Origin: Vicinamibacterales bacterium
GTDB lineage: Bacteria; Acidobacteriota; Vicinamibacteria; Vicinamibacterales; CAVVIG01
DNA length: 64,000 nucleotides
NCBI GenBank assembly: GCA_050183995.1
Contig: JBFXAT010000003.1
Coordinates: 48,616 to 112,615 of the forward strand
Reading direction: 5' to 3'
Under the pieces are notes generated by a model. It had not been told where the DNA came from. It did no database searches and was given only the letters and a program-made list of their open reading frames with translations. The first letter of the stretch is position 1; every line of letters starts with the position of its first letter. Below are positions 59,543 through 64,000 of this stretch, piece by piece. A program made the translations under genes and the position numbers.

Positions 59543-60268
59543 TCAAATTGCCAGGGCCTTGGCCGCCAAGAGGCCGTAGCCGGCTGCGATGGCGATGAGG
59601 GTGCCCCGCTCGCTGAACAGCGTCTCGCGCCAGGTGAAGCCGTTCGAGGCAGGCGTGGCCGGCGGGGCCGCCACTCGCGGAATCCATCGCGGCACGCGCG
59701 TCGTGTAGCGGCGGTAGCTCTCGCCGATGCGGCTTTCGAGGAGGCGTTCCTCCCAGCGCACGATCGCGTGATAGGCGAGCGCCATTCCTCCGACCACTGC
59801 GGGCAACAGCCAGAGCAGACGCGCGCTGGCGGCGAATCCCGCCCAGATGAGAAGATTCCCCAGATAAAGGGGATTCCGCACGAGCCCGAACGGTCCGCTG
59901 TCGATCAGCGGGCCGAGCCGATCGGTGCGCGTGCGGGAGATGACACCGATGTGGTGTACTCCCCACAAGCGCAGCAGCTCGCCGGCGGTCACCACGATGG
60001 CTCCCGCGAGCGGCAGGAGGGTCCATGTCGACGGACCGTTCCGTTCCGGCGGCACGAGCAGCAGGATCGCGACGACCGGCAGGGGCAGCGAGGTGCGGTG
60101 GCGGAAGAGCCAGCCTCCGATTCTCGACAAGCCGTCTGGATCCTGCACTGTGGTCTGGGGTTGCGTGTGCGGCGGCGGGAGCACGTCCGTCGCGAGTATA
60201 GCGTGCGCGGGCACTTTGCTATAATTCGGACTTCTACGGTCGTAATTCGCCCATGTCTTCTTCGCCAT
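59543..60268 (-). CDS. Isoprenylcysteine carboxyl methyltransferase (ICMT)/phospholipid methyltransferase family membrane protein
   Basis: LRLWGVHHIG...LIDSGPFGLVRNPLYLGNLLIWAGF...EERLLESRIGESYRRYTTRVPRWIP. The start is uncertain (ATG 60268, GTG 60148 or TTG 60130). Confidence 0.8.
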   Translation of the reverse strand: MAKKTWANYDRRSPNYSKVPAHAILATDVLPPPHTQPQTTVQDPDGLSRIGGWLFRHRTSLPLPVVAILLLVPPERNGPSTWTLLPLAGAIVVTAGELLRLWGVHHIGVISRTRTDRLGPLIDSGPFGLVRNPLYLGNLLIWAGFAASARLLWLLPAVVGGMALAYHAIVRWEERLLESRIGESYRRYTTRVPRWIPRVAAPPATPASNGFTWRETLFSERGTLIAIAAGYGLLAAKALAI

Positions 60269-61191
60269 CACCGAGTCCGGTGTCAGACCGAGCCGTTTCG
60301 TCCGTTCTCGACCTGATTGGACACACACCCCTGATTCGCCTGCCGCGCTTCGAACCGAAGCCGGGCGTGGAGCTCTACGCGAAAGCGGAGTGGCACAACC
60401 CGGGCGGATCGGTGAAGGACCGCGCCGCGGCGCGGATGATTCTCGACGGCGAGCGGACGGGGCGACTGCGTCCGGGGCTGACGATCGTCGACGCGACGTC
60501 TGGCAACACCGGCATCGCGTACGCCATGGTCGGGGCGGCGCGCGGCTACAAGGTCAAGCTGTGCCTCCCGGAGAACGCCAGCCCCGAGCGGAAGCTGATC
60601 CTGCGCGCGTTTGGGGCAGAGCTGGTCCTGACGAGCCCGCTCGAGGGCACCGACGGCGCCATCCGCGAAGTGCGGCGGATGGTGTCGGACGATCCGGAGC
60701 AGTACTTCTATCCGGATCAGTACAGCAACGACGCCAACTGGCGCGCCCACTACGAGGGGACCGGCCCCGAGATCCTGGAGCAGACGAGCGGACGGGTCAC
60801 CCACTTCGTCGCCGGGCTTGGGACCAGCGGCACGTTCATGGGCACGGGGCGCTCGCTGCGCGCGTTCAACCCGGCGATCAAGCTCATCTCGTTTCAGCCC
60901 GATTCGCCGTTCCACGGACTCGAAGGGTTGAAGCACATGGAGACAGCGCTGGTGCCGGCCATCTACGACGCGGCGCTGGCCGACGACGACCTGCGTGTCA
61001 GCACGGAGGATGCGCACCGTTTCGTTCGCCAGCTCGCGCGCGACGCGGGGCTGCTGGTCGGAATCTCGGCCGGCGCGGCGCTCGCCGCGGCGATGCGCGT
61101 GGCATCGGGTCTCGAACGCGGCGTGGTCGTCACGGTTTTTCCGGACGGGGCAGAGAAATATCTGAGCGAGAACTTCTGGACGGCTGAGTGA
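60253..61191 (+). CDS. cysM: Cysteine synthase (PLP-dependent, CysM-like)
   Basis: IGHTPLIRL...NPGGSVKDRAA...ATSGNTGIAYA...GLGTSGTFMG...GISAGAA. An alternative GTG start at 60280 would remove the overlap with the divergent ICMT gene. Confidence 0.9.
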   Translation: MSSSPSPSPVSDRAVSSVLDLIGHTPLIRLPRFEPKPGVELYAKAEWHNPGGSVKDRAAARMILDGERTGRLRPGLTIVDATSGNTGIAYAMVGAARGYKVKLCLPENASPERKLILRAFGAELVLTSPLEGTDGAIREVRRMVSDDPEQYFYPDQYSNDANWRAHYEGTGPEILEQTSGRVTHFVAGLGTSGTFMGTGRSLRAFNPAIKLISFQPDSPFHGLEGLKHMETALVPAIYDAALADDDLRVSTEDAHRFVRQLARDAGLLVGISAGAALAAAMRVASGLERGVVVTVFPDGAEKYLSENFWTAE

Positions 61192-61204
61192 CAGGGACGG
61201 CGGA

Positions 61205-61672
61205 GTGGCGATGAGCGTTGCGCGGATCTGTGAGCTCGAGGAAGGGGTCGCGAAGGCGATCCGGTCGCACGGCGAGGAGACGTTTCCGCACGAGTGCTGC
61301 GGCGCGCTGGTCGGACGCGGCGATCGCGTGACCGCAGCGGTGCCGTTGCCGAACACGACCGAGGAAGGGCCGCGCCGGCGATTTCTGGTGCGGCCGGGCG
61401 ACTACCGGCTCGCGGAGCAGCAGGCCAGCGAGCTCGGAGCCGAGCTCCTGGGCTTCTACCACTCGCATCCCGATCACCCGGCGAGGCCGTCGCAGTTCGA
61501 TCTCGATCACGCGTGGCCGACCTTTGCGTATGTGATTGTGTCGGTCATGTCGGGCCAGGCGCGCGACATGACCGTCTGGTTTCTCCTGGACGATCGTTCC
61601 CGATTCGACGAGGGCAAGCTGAATGGCGACCAAAATCCTGATTCCGACTCCGCTCCGGCCGTACACCGATAA
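61205..61672 (+). CDS. JAMM/MPN+ metalloprotease (Mec-like)
   Basis: Shows HECCGALVG...GFYHSHPDHPARPSQFD (E...H-x-H-x7-S-x2-D). Confidence 0.88.
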   Translation: MAMSVARICELEEGVAKAIRSHGEETFPHECCGALVGRGDRVTAAVPLPNTTEEGPRRRFLVRPGDYRLAEQQASELGAELLGFYHSHPDHPARPSQFDLDHAWPTFAYVIVSVMSGQARDMTVWFLLDDRSRFDEGKLNGDQNPDSDSAPAVHR

Positions 61673-61901
61673 GCAGGAGGCCGTCGAGGCCTCCGGCGCC
61701 ACCGTCGGCGATCTGCTGGCGGATCTGACGACGAAGTACGCCGGGCTGAAAGCGCACCTGTACAACGAGCAGGGCAAGCTGCGCAGCTTCGTGAACATCT
61801 ACATCAATGACGAGGACATCCGGTATCTGCAGAAGGAGCAGACGCCCGTCTCGGCCAGCGACACGGTGAGCATCATTCCGTCAGTGGCCGGCGGAATCTG
61901 A
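61623..61901 (+). CDS. cysO: MoaD/ThiS-family sulfur carrier (CysO-like) ending ...VAGG-I
   Basis: MATKILIPTPLRPYTDKQEAVEASGATVGDLL...FVNIYINDEDIRYL...TVSIIPSVAGGI. It overlaps the JAMM gene by 50 nt. Confidence 0.85.
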   Translation: MATKILIPTPLRPYTDKQEAVEASGATVGDLLADLTTKYAGLKAHLYNEQGKLRSFVNIYINDEDIRYLQKEQTPVSASDTVSIIPSVAGGI

Positions 61902-61975
61902 GAATTGGACGTTTGAACGATTTGTCGATTTGACGATGTGGCGGGTTGAGGCAGTGGGGAGTTGAGGAATTGGCG

Positions 61976-63178
61976 ATGGGGACTATGCCTACAGAGGTTG
62001 AAGCGCTTCCGCAGCTGAGCAACGACGAAATCAAGCGGTACAGCCGGCACCTGATCATGCCGGAGGTGGGCGTCGACGGGCAGCGCCGGCTGAAGGCCGG
62101 CAGCGTCCTCTGTATCGGTGCGGGCGGCCTTGGTTCGCCGGCCGCGATGTACCTCGCCGCCGCCGGCGTGGGCCGCGTCGGCGTCGTCGACTTCGACGTC
62201 GTGGACTACAGCAATCTCCAGCGTCAGATCATCCACGGCACGTCGTCGGTGGGCCGGTCGAAGCTCGCGTCGGCCAAGGACCGGCTGAACGACATCAACC
62301 CGCACATCCAGGTCGACACCTACGAGGAGGCGCTGTCGTCGGAAAACGCGTTGAAGCTGTTCGAGCCGTACGACGTCATCCTCGACGGCACCGACAACTT
62401 CCCGACGCGGTACCTCACCAACGATGCCTGCGTGCTGCTTGGCAAGCCGAACGCGTACGGATCGATCTTCCGGTTCGAGGGGCAGGCGTCCGTGTTCGCG
62501 ACCAAAGACGGCCCCTGCTATCGCTGCCTCTATCCCGAGCCGCCGCCGCCTGGACTCGTCCCGAGCTGCGCCGAGGGAGGCGTGCTCGGCGTGTTGCCCG
62601 GCGTGATCGGTGTCATCCAGGCGACCGAGGCGATCAAGCTCATCGCCGGAATCGGCGAACCTCTGGTCGGACGCTTCCTCATCTACGACGCGCTGCGGAT
62701 GCGCTTCCGGGAGCTGAAGCTGCGGAAGGATCCCGACTGCCCCGTCTGCGGCACGCATCCGACGGTCACCAGGTTGATCGACTACGAGGAGTTCTGCGGC
62801 CTGAGGCCGGCCGTGGCGGAAGAAGCCGTGGCCGCGGCGATGGCGGCGTCGGGCGCCAGCGCAACCGAAATTACCTCCGTCGAGCTCAAGCAGCGGCTCG
62901 ACCGCGGCGACGCGATCCGTATCATCGACGTCCGGGAGCCGAACGAGTTCCAGATCAACCGTATCCCCGGAGCCGAGCTGATTCCGCTCGGCGAGATTCC
63001 CCGGCGATACGCCGAGCTCGATCCGGACGAAGAGCTCGTCGTGATGTGCAAGATGGGCGGCCGCAGCGCGAAGGCGGCCGACTATCTGCGGTCGGTCGGC
63101 TTCAAGCGGGTGCTGAATCTTCGGGGCGGCATTCTCGACTGGGTCGACAAGGTTGATCCGTCCCAGCCGAAATACTAA
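61976..63178 (+). CDS. ThiF/MoeB-family adenylyltransferase with a C-terminal rhodanese domain (MoeZ-like)
   Basis: YSRHLIMPEVGVDGQRRLKAGSVLCIGAGGLGSP...CYRCLYPEPP...CPVCG...IDVREPNEF...CKMGGRS. GAGGAA lies 8 nt upstream of ATG 61976. Confidence 0.9.
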   Translation: MGTMPTEVEALPQLSNDEIKRYSRHLIMPEVGVDGQRRLKAGSVLCIGAGGLGSPAAMYLAAAGVGRVGVVDFDVVDYSNLQRQIIHGTSSVGRSKLASAKDRLNDINPHIQVDTYEEALSSENALKLFEPYDVILDGTDNFPTRYLTNDACVLLGKPNAYGSIFRFEGQASVFATKDGPCYRCLYPEPPPPGLVPSCAEGGVLGVLPGVIGVIQATEAIKLIAGIGEPLVGRFLIYDALRMRFRELKLRKDPDCPVCGTHPTVTRLIDYEEFCGLRPAVAEEAVAAAMAASGASATEITSVELKQRLDRGDAIRIIDVREPNEFQINRIPGAELIPLGEIPRRYAELDPDEELVVMCKMGGRSAKAADYLRSVGFKRVLNLRGGILDWVDKVDPSQPKY

Positions 63179-63200
63179 TATAGGACCGAGCAGGTCGGAT

Positions 63201-63656
63201 ATGTTGCGGCTGTCAAAGAAAGCGGATTACGCCCTCATCGCGATGAAGCACCTGGCGCTTCACCGCGACGGGTCCGCGAGCGCGCGCGAGATTGCCGGCC
63301 TGTACGACATCCCGATCGAGCTGCTGGCGAAGATCCTTCAGCGGCTGGTTCGCCGCGGGCTGCTCGTCTCGCATCAGGGCACGCGCGGCGGCTATCGGCT
63401 CGCGCGGGTGCCTGCGCTCATTTCGGTCGCCGACGTCATTCAGGCCATCGACGGTCCGGTGACGGTGACCGCGTGCTCGTCGACGGAAGCCAGCTGCGAG
63501 CAGTTCGCGAAATGCAACGTTCGAGACCCGCTCTGGCGCGTCCGTGAGCGGATTCTGACGGCGCTCGGCGAGTGCACCGTGGCCGAACTGGCCTCGGATC
63601 CGCCCACGCCCGAGACCGCGCCGGTGCAGGCGGTGGTGCTGCACACGCATTCCTGA
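63201..63656 (+). CDS. iscR: Rrf2-family transcriptional regulator (IscR-like)
   Basis: [19 protein letters not shown]...[42 protein letters not shown], plus the Cys cluster C-x6-C-x5-C ([14 protein letters not shown]). Confidence 0.85.
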   Translation: MLRLSKKADYALIAMKHLALHRDGSASAREIAGLYDIPIELLAKILQRLVRRGLLVSHQGTRGGYRLARVPALISVADVIQAIDGPVTVTACSSTEASCEQFAKCNVRDPLWRVRERILTALGECTVAELASDPPTPETAPVQAVVLHTHS

Positions 63657-63669
63657 GTTGAAGAGACCT

Positions 63670-64000
63670 ATGGCGATCAAGCTTCCAATCTACATGGACT
63701 ATCACGCCACGACGCCGACGGACCCCCGCGTCGTCGAGGCGATGCTCCCGTATTTCACGGAGCACTTCGGCAACGCGGCGAGCCGCAATCATCCGTTCGG
63801 CTGGGAGGCCGAGGAGGCGGTGGACAAGGCGCGCAAGCAGGTGGCCGATCTCATCGGGGCCAACGCCAAGGAGATCGTCTTCACGAGCGGCGCCACCGAG
63901 TCGAACAACCTGGCGATCAAGGGTGTCGCCGAGATGTACCGCGAGAAGGGCAACCACATCATCACGGCGGTGACCGAGCACAAGGCGGTCATCGACACGT
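63670..64000 (+). CDS. iscS: Cysteine desulfurase (IscS/NifS), N-terminal part; continues beyond the window end
   Basis: Own translation, as there is no stop in the window: [85 protein letters not shown]. Confidence 0.88.
   Translation, partial: MAIKLPIYMDYHATTPTDPRVVEAMLPYFTEHFGNAASRNHPFGWEAEEAVDKARKQVADLIGANAKEIVFTSGATESNNLAIKGVAEMYREKGNHIITAVTEHKAVIDT

Noticed and set aside
60253-60268. Head-to-head overlap of the ICMT and cysM start codons.
   Set aside because: Most likely a start-codon assignment artefact. cysM has an in-frame GTG at 60280 just before the conserved N-terminus, and ICMT has downstream GTG/TTG options.

Overview
Very GC-rich bacterial chromosomal window, densely coding on both strands. 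No rRNA, CRISPR array, transposase or integrase was recognised. Protein families (CarboxypepD_reg-type TonB receptor, secreted VWA and TPR proteins) suggest an Acidobacteriota/Gemmatimonadota-like organism; this is inference only.

Content in order:
- A minus-strand respiratory-assembly operon: blue-copper lipoprotein, ctaA, ctaB, DUF420/CtaM, TPR protein, sulfatase-like protein.
- An M23 peptidase and tRNA-Glu(CUC) with a textbook terminator.
- An aa3-type cytochrome oxidase operon in the unusual order I-III-IV-small-small-II.
- bcp, an HDAC-like gene, a proline-racemase-like gene, cyaY, a VWA protein, an FTR1 permease and OsmC.
- A solitary DGQHR (DndB-like) gene fused into an rfbBAC operon, then pxpA.
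- An acyl-CoA ligase / CDP-alcohol phosphatidyltransferase / START-like operon.
- A near-complete arginine regulon: argC-B-D-GNAT-J-F on one strand, divergent from argR, a degenerate argG-like gene and argH.
- fabI, a BON protein, an FNR-like reductase and a sigma-54 enhancer-binding protein.
- Deoxyhypusine-synthase-like / PIN-like / nagA operon, DUF4097, and queC/queD.
- A gas-vesicle cluster (gvpJ, gvpA, histidine kinase, receiver, gvpF, gvpG, gvpL, gvpS-like, gvpK) behind a perfect sigma-54 promoter.
- A DtxR-family regulator plus TonB receptor, ubiE, a PilT-like protein with degenerate ATPase motifs, and a CoA-transferase.
- SIMPL, an AlkA-like glycosylase and an ICMT-family methyltransferase.
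- A CysO-type cysteine pathway (cysM, JAMM, cysO, moeZ), then iscR and iscS.

The most unusual items are the two-component pair embedded in the gvp cluster behind a sigma-54 promoter, the catalytically degenerate ArgG-like gene sitting in the argG slot, the PilT-like pseudo-ATPase, and the orphan DGQHR gene whose end overlaps an rfbB that lacks a canonical start codon. All calls come from reading the translations and sequence by eye; no database searches were run.
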